From: Asterias amurensis
Lineage: Eukaryota
Assembly: GCF_032118995.1 (NCBI RefSeq)
Contig: NC_092652.1
Span: forward strand, 15,752,336-15,816,335
Direction: 5' to 3'
DNA: 64,000 nucleotides
Shown here: positions 33,091-44,800 of the stretch, piece after piece
Numbering within the stretch: the stretch's first letter is position 1
How the letters are laid out: each line of letters opens with the position of its first letter
Notes under the pieces: model-generated
Database searches by the model: none
What the model was told of the DNA's origin: nothing
Seen by the model: only the letters and a program-made list of their open reading frames with translations
Program-made: the position numbers and the translations under genes

Positions 33091-33225
33091 GAAGAGCAGG
33101 TGCAGATTGCAGAAGGCAAAAAGCTAGAATTGCTTCAAACCGTGAAAGATCTTCTCTCATCAGAAGAGGTTGATCAGCTGCCAACCCTAAACTGGGAGGA
33201 GCCCAGTGTAGCCAAACACCCGGAG
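33091..33225 (+). CDS. PARP4: PARP4-like exon (5-prime boundary uncertain)
   Basis: donor gag|gtgagt at 33225 clear; acceptor chosen as first phase-0 AG (atatatcaag|); alternatives 33097/33100. Confidence 0.45.
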
Positions 33226-33249
33226 GTGAGTTTGTAGGTGGCAATGACA

Positions 33250-34110
33250 ACTGATGGCAATCCTGGTTGATCCCGGTAGAATCGCACATAATCCAACCAG
33301 ACTCCCAGTTAAAACCAGTAGTAAACAAACCAAGGGATTCAGGTTAATATCATCTGGATCCCGCAGTTTAATCCAACCGGAATCGTGGTTTATTCCAGCA
33401 AAATCCAAGTTATTCCAACCAGAATCACAGTTAAAAAACAGTAAACTAACCAAGTGGGATTCGGGATTCACCTGGATCCCCAGTTAATCCAACCGGAATC
33501 CTGGTTTATTCCAGCGGAATCCAAGTTATTCCAACCAGAATCCCAGTTAAAACCAGTAAACTAAACAAGTAGGATTCGGGATTCACCTGGATCCCCAGTT
33601 AATCCAACCGGAATCCTGGTTTATTCCAGCGGAATCCAAGTTATTCCAACCAGAATCCCAGTTAAAACTAGTAAACTAACCAAGTGGGATTCGGGATTCA
33701 TCTGGATCCCCAGTTAAGCCAGCCGGAATCTCTGTTCATCCAACCGAAAACACGGTTGATCATGGTTAATCCAAAGGGATCCCACTAGGAAATTGGACGG
33801 AATCCTAGTTTAATTCAGCCGAATTCCTTGTTTATCCCAGCGGAATCCCAGTTAATCCAACCGGAACCCCTGTTAGAATCAGTCAACTTACCAACTGGGA
33901 TTCAGGTTAAATTAATCCGGATAATCCAACTGAAAGTCTCAGTCCTCCAACCGAAATCCCGGCTGATCCAATTCCAGTTAAATCCAATGGAATCCCACCT
34001 GGAGTTTGGATGGAATGGTAGTTAATCCATCCGTAACCCCGGTTAAAACTATTAACCCAACCAACCAGGATTCCTGTTAAATTCATCTGTAACCCCAGAA
34101 AAATTCAACC
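33250..34110. repeat. Satellite array, ~120-bp unit x3 perfect plus degenerate flanks
   Basis: unit cagttaatccaaccggaatcctggtttattccagcggaatccaagttattccaaccagaatcccagttaaaaccagtaaactaa.caagt.ggattcgggattcacctggatcccc at 33380, 33500, 33620. Confidence 0.8.
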
Positions 34111-34387
34111 GAGGTTCGGTAAGTTTAACATGTTTCAGATATAATTTATTTTTTGTTCAACCCCAAATCATTTCAAAATTTACCCAGTCGCCTTCCCTTG
34201 TGGTGTACTAGTTATTTCATCAAAGGACAATATTCTGCAATGGCCCTCCTGACCAGCCATGCCTTTTTGTATCGAATTCCATGCTGAAAATCATCAAAGG
34301 CACAATCACATCACCCTTTGCCGTACTATAAAAGAATGGTTCAACGAACACAATGTTCTACAATTATTTGACCTCGTTTGATTGCAG

Positions 34388-34537
34388 ATCTCGCCTTCTA
34401 ATCTTGTGAACAAGCTCCTCCAGACGGCTATTGCAGCAGCAGACTCCTATTCCTTCAAAACTGCAGAGAAGTACTTTTCAAAGGCCTACAAAGTAGCTAA
34501 AGAAAAACTGTCGCACACTCAACCCCTTACTTTAAAG
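34388..34537 (+). CDS. PARP4: PARP4-like exon
   Basis: gattgcag| acceptor, aag|gtaaat donor, 150 nt phase 0-0. Confidence 0.55.
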
Positions 34538-34599
34538 GTAAATATTTTTCTTGCCTTTTCTAATTCCATTGCATTTAGTTTCATCTCATTAGAGAACTC

Positions 34600-34800
34600 A
34601 AGCTCCGGTGTTTCTGATCAGCAGAGTGTGGGTTCGAGTCCCGGTCCTTAAGCAAGACACTTGACCATAATATTGCTTCGTCCTTCGGATGGGATAAAAG
34701 CTGTAGGTCCCGTGTGTTATGCAATCTATCAATGCACCTAAAAGACCCCAGTACACTCTGGTCGATAAGGGAAGAAGTTCGTTCTGGTGTGATCGCACAT
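34600..34800 (+). mobile_element. tRNA-derived SINE (same family), head+body, truncated
   Basis: gtgggttcgagtcccggtccttaagcaagacacttgacc...gcttcgtccttcggatgggat. Confidence 0.6.
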
Positions 34801-34853
34801 GTCTAACTACAAGCTGATCTAAACAATAATTTTACACGTGCTTTGTTTTTTAG

Positions 34854-34989
34854 GTTGCTCATCATTTTTCAAAGTTCTGTGCTCGTGTTAAACCTGATAT
34901 GAGGCAGGCATTTGATCTTGTCAATGATGCCTCTGAGAAGGTGAAGAAACATTTATCGGCAGAGGTTCTGGAGACGACGGTATCGGAAG
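34854..34989 (+). CDS. PARP4: PARP4-like exon
   Basis: tgttttttag| acceptor, g|gtaaaa donor, ends phase 1. Confidence 0.55.
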
Positions 34990-35070
34990 GTAAAATCCAA
35001 ACAGTCCTCCACTCTACTTTAAATCCACACTCTAATAATTGAGGTGTGATCCATATCTGAATCAGGCTAG

Positions 35071-35522
35071 CCGGTGTGGCGGTTTCAACTTTCCGCCGTG
35101 TTCAGTTTTCCGAATGACAAAATACGGTAACATTACGTCATGCGATGCCTGCGCACAGAAAGCGAAAGTAGTCCATTTTTAGTGCCGTATTGAGTCATCC
35201 GTGTTACTCTCCGGTAGCTGTCATGGCAGCGTCCACGAGTACAACGAGCGGCGAACGCGTGGATCGTATGAGAGAATTTGGTGTGAAGACCAAGCAAACT
35301 AAGCAGTGTGACCTGCTTAAAGAATCGTAATAGAAACAATTTGGGGTCACTGAGAGAACTACAGTACTCGCCAGGGTACTCGCGGCGGTATTTTTGTCTG
35401 ACTACGTCACCCGGAAAACTGAACACGCCGGAAAGCTAAAACCGTTCGAACAACGTGCTGAAATGTCCGGCTACGTCACCCGGAAAACTGAACACGGCGG
35501 AAGACTGAAACCGCCACACCTG
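35071..35522. mobile_element. MITE with TIR ccggtgtggcggtttca...tgaaaccgccacacc
   Basis: terminal inverted repeats ~35 bp plus subterminal repeats gtcacccggaaaactgaacacg. Confidence 0.6.
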
Positions 35523-36007
35523 GAAACTGGTTGTAACAGGGGATATTAGCTCATTAGGGTCTGCTCAGTTTGAACCATTCGTGTGTCATTAAGGTCACAC
35601 TGACCCATAGGCCATGGAATTGAGAAGACGCATAGGCCTACCCAAGCCCGACCAACCCAACCACCTTTCTCGATCCAGTGGCCCCAAAGAAGGAAATATT
35701 ATGTGTTAAATTTAAAAGGTAAAGAGGAACTTACTATGTCTGACAAGGTTTCTCAAACATTTTCTGTCAGATATATATTTTTTTTTTACATTGGCCTCTG
35801 TCATTAAATGACCTGCAACAAACGTTCACATGGCAGTGTAAACAGCACATATGTAGCCTGAACATCATCACACTTGCTCATGAATAATAACGCCAGATAC
35901 CCGCTGACCAGATGCTGCGAGATGTCCCGTTGACTTTGCATTCATTTCACACGTGGGGATGCATGTGTATCATGCAGACGAACTGAATGTGCAAGCTGAC
36001 AAAACTA

Positions 36008-36415
36008 CACACCGCGGCACACCGGATAGCACGCACAACCCCAAAAATGTATCGCACGAAAATAGACTATCGCCGCGAGCGGCGAAGCGCCTTTACCAAC
36101 TCGTTTTGGGGCCTTATGTTTTTCTTTACATTTGCCAACGATTTTGGTGGGAGAAAATGTAATGCATAATGCATTAGCGTGGTGAGTTGCTGCCCAATAA
36201 GAAGCCACAATTACTTGCATGACGTCACAAGAACGTTCGATGCAAATTCGTTACATTTTCTCCCACCCAAATCGTTGGCAAATGTGAAGAAAAACATAAG
36301 GCCCCAAAACGAGTTGGTAAAGCGCTTCGCGGCTTCGCCGCTCGCGGTGATAGTCTTTTTTCGTGCGTTACATTTTTGGGGTTGTGCGTGCTATCCGGTG
36401 TGCCGCGTGCGCCTT
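36008..36415. repeat. Long inverted repeat (~160-bp arms, ~65-bp spacer) in PARP4 intron
   Basis: 36008-36167 is reverse complement of 36235-36415 with few mismatches. Confidence 0.8.
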
Positions 36416-36992
36416 GACTAAAGGCTAGGGACACAAGGGAAGATAAAGCTTATGGCACTACACGTTAAACCATCGAAATCATTGTGCCCAAAGTAGGGGC
36501 TATGAGAAAGTGCCAGCCTTTATCCTTTATCTTTGCGGGAGCATCCTATATGTTTATACAGCTTGAAGTGGCTGGAAGTACTGTTAAATTCCCATTATCA
36601 TGAACCATGGTTTTGATTTCAAACAGACTTCTCCAATGTGGATGAACTGGATTCCTTACAGCAAGCTGTTGAATGGGCGGAAACGTGAGTATTCGTTCCA
36701 AAGTAAAGGAGATGTTATAGATAAAGAAAGTATGGCTCAACAATTTAACTATAACAAAATGCAGGATTTGAGGTTGCTGTATGCTGGAGACACAGGCCCA
36801 CGTCTCGGTATCATATGCAAATTAAAATTTTCTGAAAATGTTGAGACTATAACAGCCGGCTAGTCTCAGAGATTTTCAAAAAGAGATGGATTATTGCATT
36901 CCTGCCATGTAAATTCTTGTTTTGTGAATGAGATTATGCAACATGCGATGATTGCGAGTTTTTCGTTCCAATAAATGAATTTGTCAGTAATG

Positions 36993-37022
36993 ATAATAAT
37001 AATAATAATAATAATAATAACC
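36993..37022. repeat. (AAT)n microsatellite
   Basis: direct. Confidence 0.9.
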
Positions 37023-37771
37023 CAGTCCTCAGCTAAGCTATTTGTAATATAGGTCAGGCTTTATAAACACACACAAACGAACAATGTCTGTGACCCCCCC
37101 CCCCCCCCCTAGAAAAAATATAATACGCTATTGCAGTATTGCACCATAGGCTCATAATTGTCGGATTTGATTGTGCGAAGATGTAAGATTGAAATTGAAA
37201 GACAAAAGGACCAACCAGTGAAGACAGCAAGACGACACCACGTTCCAACCATACCATTAGCTCTCCAAATACAACAGGAATATGATGACGGTAAATAACA
37301 ATTTTGTTCTTATTAAAAACTTGGCACACATTGCCAGATTGAAGACAAATATGGCTTGAACGGCGGTGCAACACATTTTTAATGTTTTCCCATGCTCCTT
37401 GATTTACCGAGATGATTATTTTGATAACTTGCACTTGTGATGAAGTTAGCAAAATAGGAGGGGTTGGAGGGAAGCTGTCTACTATGCTTTTTTCTCAGAC
37501 CCAAATATTTATTTTGAAGAATTCTTAAGGGGAAAGTTTAAATCATTGTATTTCCGGATATCAACTTGTTTTGGTCTGCAGTACTTTGTCTTTAACAATA
37601 AATGTGTTGCTGCTGCTGCAGTGCTGCTGTAGCTGTTGCATTACAAAAAAAAAAGATTTTTGGGGGACACTCCGACATTTGTGTATGAATTAATAAGAGA
37701 ATTATGGAGTTTAAAGTGGCAATTGCAACCGTTCATTTTGTTTTGTTAATTATATTTTCTAATGTGAACAG

Positions 37772-37872
37772 AGTTTGAGCAAATAGTTGCTTACCAGAAG
37801 GAGGTTCGCTTGCCAGAACCCATGGACCTCTTCCCTATGGGGACAGAACATCTACTTTTCATTCAAGGACAG
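37772..37872 (+). CDS. PARP4: PARP4-like exon
   Basis: gtgaacag| acceptor (phase-1 join), cag|gtacgc donor. Confidence 0.5.
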
Positions 37873-38161
37873 GTACGCTATGGAATTCTACCTGTGCACT
37901 CCTTTAATAAAACAAAATTGTGAATGCAGCTACATCATTGAGTAGTTTTAACTATATAGCTGCATTCACATTTTAAAACCTTGTAAATGGTCTTGGCCAA
38001 GTTTCATTTCTGTGGGCACACATTTTAATGGGCCGTTGGAACAGGACTCTGCGGAACTGTGAGCCATGAAACTGGCCCCTGATCTAAATGAAATCATCAC
38101 ACTATGGATGTTTTTATGCTTCAGTAAATGTGATTAAAACTCAATCATGTCACCTATACTT

Positions 38162-38512
38162 AAAGGCGGTGTGGACACTATTGGTAATTACTCAAATTAA
38201 CTATTAGCATAAAACCTTACTTGGTAACGAGTAATGGGGAGAGGTTGATTGTATAAAACATTGTGAGAAACGGCTACCTCTGAAGTAACGTAGTTTTCGA
38301 GAAAGAAGTAATTTTCACGAATTTGAGTCAGAGGCCTCAGAATTAGATTTTGAGGTCTCGAAATCAAGCATGTTTTTTCTTTCATTATTACCTCGCAACT
38401 TCGACGACCAATTGAGCTAGAAATTACACAGGGTTGTTACTTTATGCGTATGGTGAGATACACCATGTGAGAAGACTGGCCTTTGACAATCACCAATAGT
38501 GTCCACTGCTTA
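38162..38512 (-). mobile_element. MITE family A full copy
   Basis: both TIRs. Confidence 0.85.
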
Positions 38513-38570
38513 GTGTCCACTGTTTTAATGTTTGATCTGGTGTTTTTTTTTTACTCTTTGATTGTCCCAG

Positions 38571-38664
38571 GACGGTTCTTGGATATTCTCTCCTGATTTT
38601 GATACAATACTCGAAGTTCAAGACATTGACTCGCCCAGACTCATCAAAGACAAACTGGACTATG
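38571..38664 (+). CDS. PARP4: PARP4-like exon
   Basis: gattgtcccag| acceptor; donor g|gtgata is weak; frame continues into terminal exon. Confidence 0.45.
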
Positions 38665-39233
38665 GTGATAATTTTTTTAAATTGCTCTAAATCAGTGCCT
38701 TTCATCAAACAAAGTAGACTCCATTTTAAATGTGAAAATAATGACAAAATGATAAAGGTGGTCACGTTCATTTTTTCAAAGAGAGCACTGAAAAGAATAT
38801 AAGCAGGTCTTTTTATATGCAATGCTGTGCGCTTTTGGCAAAATATGTGAAAACAACCAAACCATCATCACATTTTTAAAAATAAATGTTAAAACTTTGC
38901 CAAAAATAAAAACAAACAAACAAACACCCAACAAACAAATTATGTTACCCTTTTTGCCTGCACAACAACCTTTTAACATATCAGAACAGGGTTTTAGCAG
39001 CCAAAGCACCTTATCACGTGATGCTCATTTTTTTATAAACCGAAAACTGCTAGGCCATAATTTCCTGCTGGAGGGCCTTTTTATGAAATTAGGCCATGAA
39101 TAAACGGATATGAATACAGGTATTGTACAAGACAGAAGATTTATGAATAGACAGTTTTGAATAGATAATGCTTTCACAAATCATTCTGTGCACTAAATAC
39201 TTTTTTTTTATTTTTGAAAATATGTTGTTATAG

Positions 39234-39508
39234 AGTTGGTATCGCATGGAGTTGCTTTGGACATTGAGGGCGTCCTTGATCAGATTTTCCAGCTCGTGGC
39301 GACAATCATGGCGTGTGTTCATATAGAGACCTATTTGCAAGGTGGTCAAAATATGTGGGATTCAGATCGGAAAGCGCTCTCCGAATCAGTGATGAAGGCG
39401 AAAGAGTTCATCAAAGTGTCCCAAATGGAGATACAGGCGATACTAGGATTTGAGTTGGATTGGGGGTCAATGGGGGAAAAGTTAGTACTCACTGGTAAAG
39501 TGGAATAG
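39234..39508 (+). CDS. PARP4: PARP4-like terminal exon with TAG stop at 39506-39508
   Basis: tgttgttatag| acceptor; open frame to TAG; AATAAA 57 nt downstream; an internal GT (act|ggtaaag) could alternatively be a donor. Confidence 0.55.
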
Positions 39509-39564
39509 AGGATTAGAACAGATTTATTCGGGCAGGAATCGACATTAAACTTTCTCGCTTTTGA

Positions 39565-39570
39565 AATAAA
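39565..39570 (+). promoter_or_regulatory. Candidate polyadenylation signal AATAAA for PARP4-like gene
   Basis: aataaa 57 nt after the TAG stop. Confidence 0.35.
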
Positions 39571-40014
39571 TCGCCACACCACGCCATCATCCTTCATTCA
39601 TTATATTTACGCTCCTAAATCGGAGAGTGGGAAATATCCTCCATTTTGCATTGGGGTAGCCTATCATAGAACCATATTCACAGAAGGTTCGATAATGGCA
39701 ACAAACCAGGCCCGAGGGTGAGTCGGTATGTATTGTTAACACTTTAATTGTGTTTTTAATACGAGTTATGAAAGACAATGGTTAGTGGTAAACAATGCTG
39801 GTTTTAAGACACGAACATTTGACAAACTAGTGCACTTAGTTTAGACTTTGTATTGGCCATTGGTATTAGATTTTATCCGTCATATTTATCGAAAGTGAAC
39901 CATATTCCTAGAAGGCTCGACATTGACAACAAGGCCCGAACAGTGCTTCGATATGCATTGTTAATACTTTCTTTCATGTTTGCTTTTATAGACCTCTTGC
40001 ATTGGTCGCCACTT

Positions 40015-40383
40015 AAAAGGCAATGGACACTATCAATGGTTATTGTCAAAGACCATTCTCCTCACTTGGTGTATCTCATCATATGCATAAAATAACAAAC
40101 CTGTGAAAATTTGAGCTCAATCGGTCGTTGAAGTTGCGAGATAACTATGAAAGAAAAAAAACACCCTTTTCACACGAAGTTGTGTGCTTTCATTATGCTT
40201 GATTTCGAAATCTATTTCTTAGGCTCGAAATCAAATTTGTGGAAAATTACTTCTTTCTCGAAAACTACGAGCCATTTCTCACAATGTTTTATACTAGCAA
40301 CAGCTCCCCATGACTCGTTACCAAGTAAGGTTTTATGCTAATAATTATTATGATTAATAACCAATAGTGTCCACTGCCTTTAA
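40015..40383 (+). mobile_element. MITE family A full copy
   Basis: both TIRs, some divergence. Confidence 0.8.
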
Positions 40384-40999
40384 TGAAATGTGCACGCGTT
40401 GGCTGCGAGTCGTGTGCAGCTAGCATGCACTTTTCTGTTGTCACCAATCACATGGACAAAATTGGCAATCGTCAAAGATCAATTTTCGCACTTCTTGTGA
40501 CCAATAATAATACATAATTGTAGTAACCAGCCTTTGTAAATTTAGGCTCAAGCGGTCAATGCACGAGAAATTTTGTGAACAAAACGTATTTTCAATTTTT
40601 GTCTCGCGAGATCTGAACTATTGTTTTAATCATTATACAATTAGAAAAAGTATGGCATTTAGGCAAACCATTGTCACGGGAAGTTTGCTCATGACAATTC
40701 TTGTAGCTTGTTTGATGTAAGCAGATAGAATAGGTTTTTTTTATTTCTGTGAAAACATGTTTTTCTTTCTTTCTGAAATATACGCATAGATTTATTGCAA
40801 CTCCATATCTTAGAAAAAATAGCTATTATATTCAATGAGTCTTTATTTAAGTTTAAAGTTATCGATACGCCATCATGGACTTGACTTCGGAATAGTTTCA
40901 TTTTGTTTAGTTAGAGAATACATCCGAAATAGCAAAAATAAATAAATAAACAAATACCCGTAAGTATTTGTATTTCATATCAATGTAGACAATTAATTT

Positions 41000-41560
41000 G
41001 CCCTTATGGGGCATCCTTACTGTAGATCGATGTAGACAAATTGCCAAAGTTTGGCATAATGTATATCAAAGTAGACATTGCCCTTATGGGGCATACTTTC
41101 TATCGATGTAGACAAATTGCCAAAGGTCGGCACAATGTATATCAAATGGGGCGTACTGTGTATCAATGTAGACAAACTGCCAAAGTTCGGCATGCATATG
41201 TATATCAATGTAGACAAATTGCCCTATTGGGGCGTATGCAAGTCAATGTAGACAAGTTGCCCAAGTTCGGGCATAATGTGGACAAGTTGCCCAAGTTCGG
41301 GCATAATGTGGACAAGTTGCCCAAGTTCGGGCATAATGTGGACAAGTTGCCCAAGTTCGGGCATAATGTGGACAAGTTGCCCAAGTTCGGGCATAATTGT
41401 GATATCAGTGTAGACAAGTTGCCCAAGTTGGGCCTTATACCAATGTGGACAGGTTGCCCATCCAATTTGGGCATACGATATCAATGTAGACAAATGGGTC
41501 AATACCCAAGTGGTGCATAATATTATGTATATCGATGTAAACAAATACTAATAGTGGGGA
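41000..41560. repeat. Minisatellite; core of 5 perfect 30-bp units (GTGGACAAGTTGCCCAAGTTCGGGCATAAT) flanked by 40-60-bp variants
   Basis: 41248-41397 perfect copies. Confidence 0.85.
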
Positions 41561-41839
41561 ATTATGTCATTTCGGGCAAGTTGCAGGGAAAATACCAATC
41601 TGGACAAATTGCTCAAGCAGGGTGTCAATTAATACTATCGTATCAGCAGAACAAACAACGATCACAGGCTTGAAACAAAGTCTTTAGTCTACAGGCTATT
41701 TGAATAATTCTTATATTTTAGAGGCTGAATTGTTGTGTTTTGAATATTATTGTGATGATTATATTGTGTATGGAATACATTTTTTTAGTATAAATATATG
41801 TTGTTATTCTTGACTTGAACAATCCAACGGATTAATAAT

Positions 41840-44800
41840 TAAGAGTCAGTTCAGGTAAATAATTGACATAGTTGCTCACGGTCAAAAAATGAATTTTTTT
41901 TAGACTTTGTGGGTGGAAGGGCCTTGGGGTGCAAGTAAACAAAATTGCATTTTTAATTCCATATATAGCCCGTTGCCATGGTTACAGCTCATTTTGTTTT
42001 TAGGCCATTTTAGGCCGATTTTGAGGTCTGAAAAACGGGTTTTTAGCTCATATTTACAACTCCACCCCACCAAAATGCAAAATCATTTCAAAAAACCTTT
42101 TATATCATTACAAAGTATCATCCTTGGCCTTCCTTGAGAAAAAAAATTATTGCTTTAAATATCACCCTTGTGCTATTTTTGCATCATGCATTACAGTATG
42201 GTTTTTGAACTTGCAAAATCGACATTTTTACCCTATTTTTGGACCCCAAAATGTCAACTTGCCAGGGGTCTCAGAAAACTCTCCTTTCGGCTGTGATTAG
42301 GGCAAACATTGGTCTTTCCATATCTGGTGTCAAAAACTTGGGCAATTGTATCCTGTTGTGACAGTACTGCCTCAAAACTAGACTTTTTTCCCCAAAACGT
42401 GAAAAATGCCTTTTTAAGGGTCTTTTCACATAATATCGACATACGTGTCCACGGTAAAAAAAAGGCATATTTTTCTTATACTTTGTGGATGGTAGGGACT
42501 TGGGGTCCAAATAAACAGCATTAACATTTCAAATCATAATATAACACGTTGCCATGGTAACCGTTCATTTGTGTTTAGGCCACTTTAGTCCAATTTTGGG
42601 GTCTGAAAAAACTTTTTTTTAGTTATTATTTACAACTCCACCCCACCAAAATCAAAAATATTTCATAAAACTTTTTCCATCACTACAAAGTATCATCCTT
42701 GGCTTTACTTGGGACAAAAAAAATTGCTATAAAATTCACCGTTTTGTTATTTTTGGAACATGCATTAGAATATGTTTTTAGAACTTGCAAAATCAACAAT
42801 TTTTACCATATTTTTGTGCCTCAAAATTTCATTTTTTTCAGGGGTCTCAGAATATTTTCCTTTCAGTTTTGATCAGGTCCAAAATTTGTCCTTTTTTTTC
42901 GGGTAGAAAAACTTGGGCAAGTGTATCCAGATGTTAACAGTACTGTCTCAAAAATAGACAGAAAAATGCATTTTAAATTGTTTTTTTTCTTCATCATGAA
43001 TTTTGAACATTAAAAAGTAATAATTCTATCAATCTTGCAGCTTTTCCTAAGCACTCTATAGGCTTAGTGGATTACCCAACATTGATCAGGAACGATTGAT
43101 GACCTTAATTTGAGAATTTGCCCCGGCCCAGCCCCAATCATATATCTTGACATTGCATAAAACAATGTTTTGTGAATAGCGCCTCTTTTTTGTAAAGTGT
43201 TCCCTTTCGGTTGTATTGGTATTTTCATGCCTTCTGGGTAGAAACACTGTGTTTATTGTATCCTGTTGTGACTGATCATGCCTTAAGTATAGTAAGTTTT
43301 CCCAAAACAATGCATGCTTGTTAAAAATCTGGCACTGTTTCCATGCCCTTTGAGTAATGAATACAAAGTTTGTATTTAAACATAATGGTATCCAACAAAA
43401 CCATAACCAATGCTTTGCCACTGAGAGTTCTTGATTTGGCTACTTTACCTATTGTACAGGTATGATTCCCATTGCAAGTAGAGTGCGATGAGCATTCTCT
43501 ACAAGTTGTCTTTAATACAGGGCCTACTCACCTTGGTCCCTGCCTGCTACCAATTGTAAAACTTTTCATAGAGATAGAGATCATAAACAATGTAGTTTCT
43601 GTGCTTGGGGCAGATGGTTTGGAGCATCCAATCATGTCCAACACAAATGTGGGAAATTAAAAAGCCTGCTTAAAAGTGTTGGAAAAGTTTGCCAAGATCT
43701 TATTAAAAACAATGATACTAACGATTTGCATGACGAGCGTAAGATATCATTTAAAAGGAACACGTTGCCAGGGATCGGTCAAGTTGGTCTTTGAAATGCG
43801 TTTGTAACCGCTTGTTATAAAATGCATGGTTAGAAAGATGTTTTTGAGTGATACTTGTCTGGATCATTATACTCTACTTTTAAAATATCTTTCTAATCAT
43901 ATGCATTTTGTAATAAACGTTTACAAACGCTTTTCAAAGACCAACTCGACCGACCCAAGGCAACGTGTGTTCCTTTAATGAAACAACACGGATAGAAGTT
44001 GTAAATACTTGAACCTGCTCAACATAAGTAAGTAAGATGCATTTGCAGTGACAAAAGTTTATTCGGCTAGTTTGATTATTTTTTCCATTCACTATTTTAC
44101 TAGTTCATAATTAGCATATATGTCTCTGAGAACGATCAACAAAAAACATTGTCAAACATTACCTGCTGAACTCTTTTATTGTTTGCAACAGTACAATTGA
44201 AAGGAACCCCACCATGGTTGGGGGAACTGCTTACAGAAGGCCAAAGCAGTTGAATTTGGACACAGTACTTGCTCACTTTTAGAGCCTCTTTGTTCTGATA
44301 GGGATGAAAATGTTTAGTTTGGTAGCGGGCAGGGGACCAAGAAGACTGTTAAAAGGCCATGTACAAATGTATAGACAAGAATAGTAAAGAATGCTCATCG
44401 CACTACTTCTCTTCTTGCAATGTGAATCATACCTGTACAACTAGGTAAAGTAGTCATGACAAAACAAGAACTCTCAGTGGCAAAGCTTGGTTATAATTTT
44501 TGTATATGTTACCTTAAGAATATGGAAACAGTGCCATATTTTTTTAACAAGCATGCTCGTTTTTGTTTTTTATCAATTCAAACTAAGGGATAACTTCAAA
44601 ATGCATTTTTATTGTTTTTGGAAAAATTACCATGTTTGAGGCAGAAGTGTCACAATAGGATACAATAAACCAAAGTGTTTCTCCCCAGCAGACATGCAAA
44701 CCATAATGATTGCCCAATCACAACCAAAGGGGAAATATTCTGAGGACCAATAATAAATTAAGACAGTACAAACTTTCTTGATGTGCAAGGGAAATTAAAA

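Noticed and set aside
37089-37102. Poly-C(14) and poly-G(10) (11555-11570) homopolymers
   Set aside because: These are probably simple homopolymer tracts or assembly artefacts; no structure is attributable.
37054-37452. 132-aa minus-strand ORF
   Set aside because: It has no homology signal, lies in a PARP4 intron on the opposite strand, and is preceded by a poly-C/microsatellite tract. It is likely a chance ORF.
41041-41520. 159-aa ORF with HNVDKLPKFG repeats (and minus-strand counterparts)
   Set aside because: It is a translation of the 30-bp minisatellite. The periodicity equals the repeat unit; no flanking gene signals.
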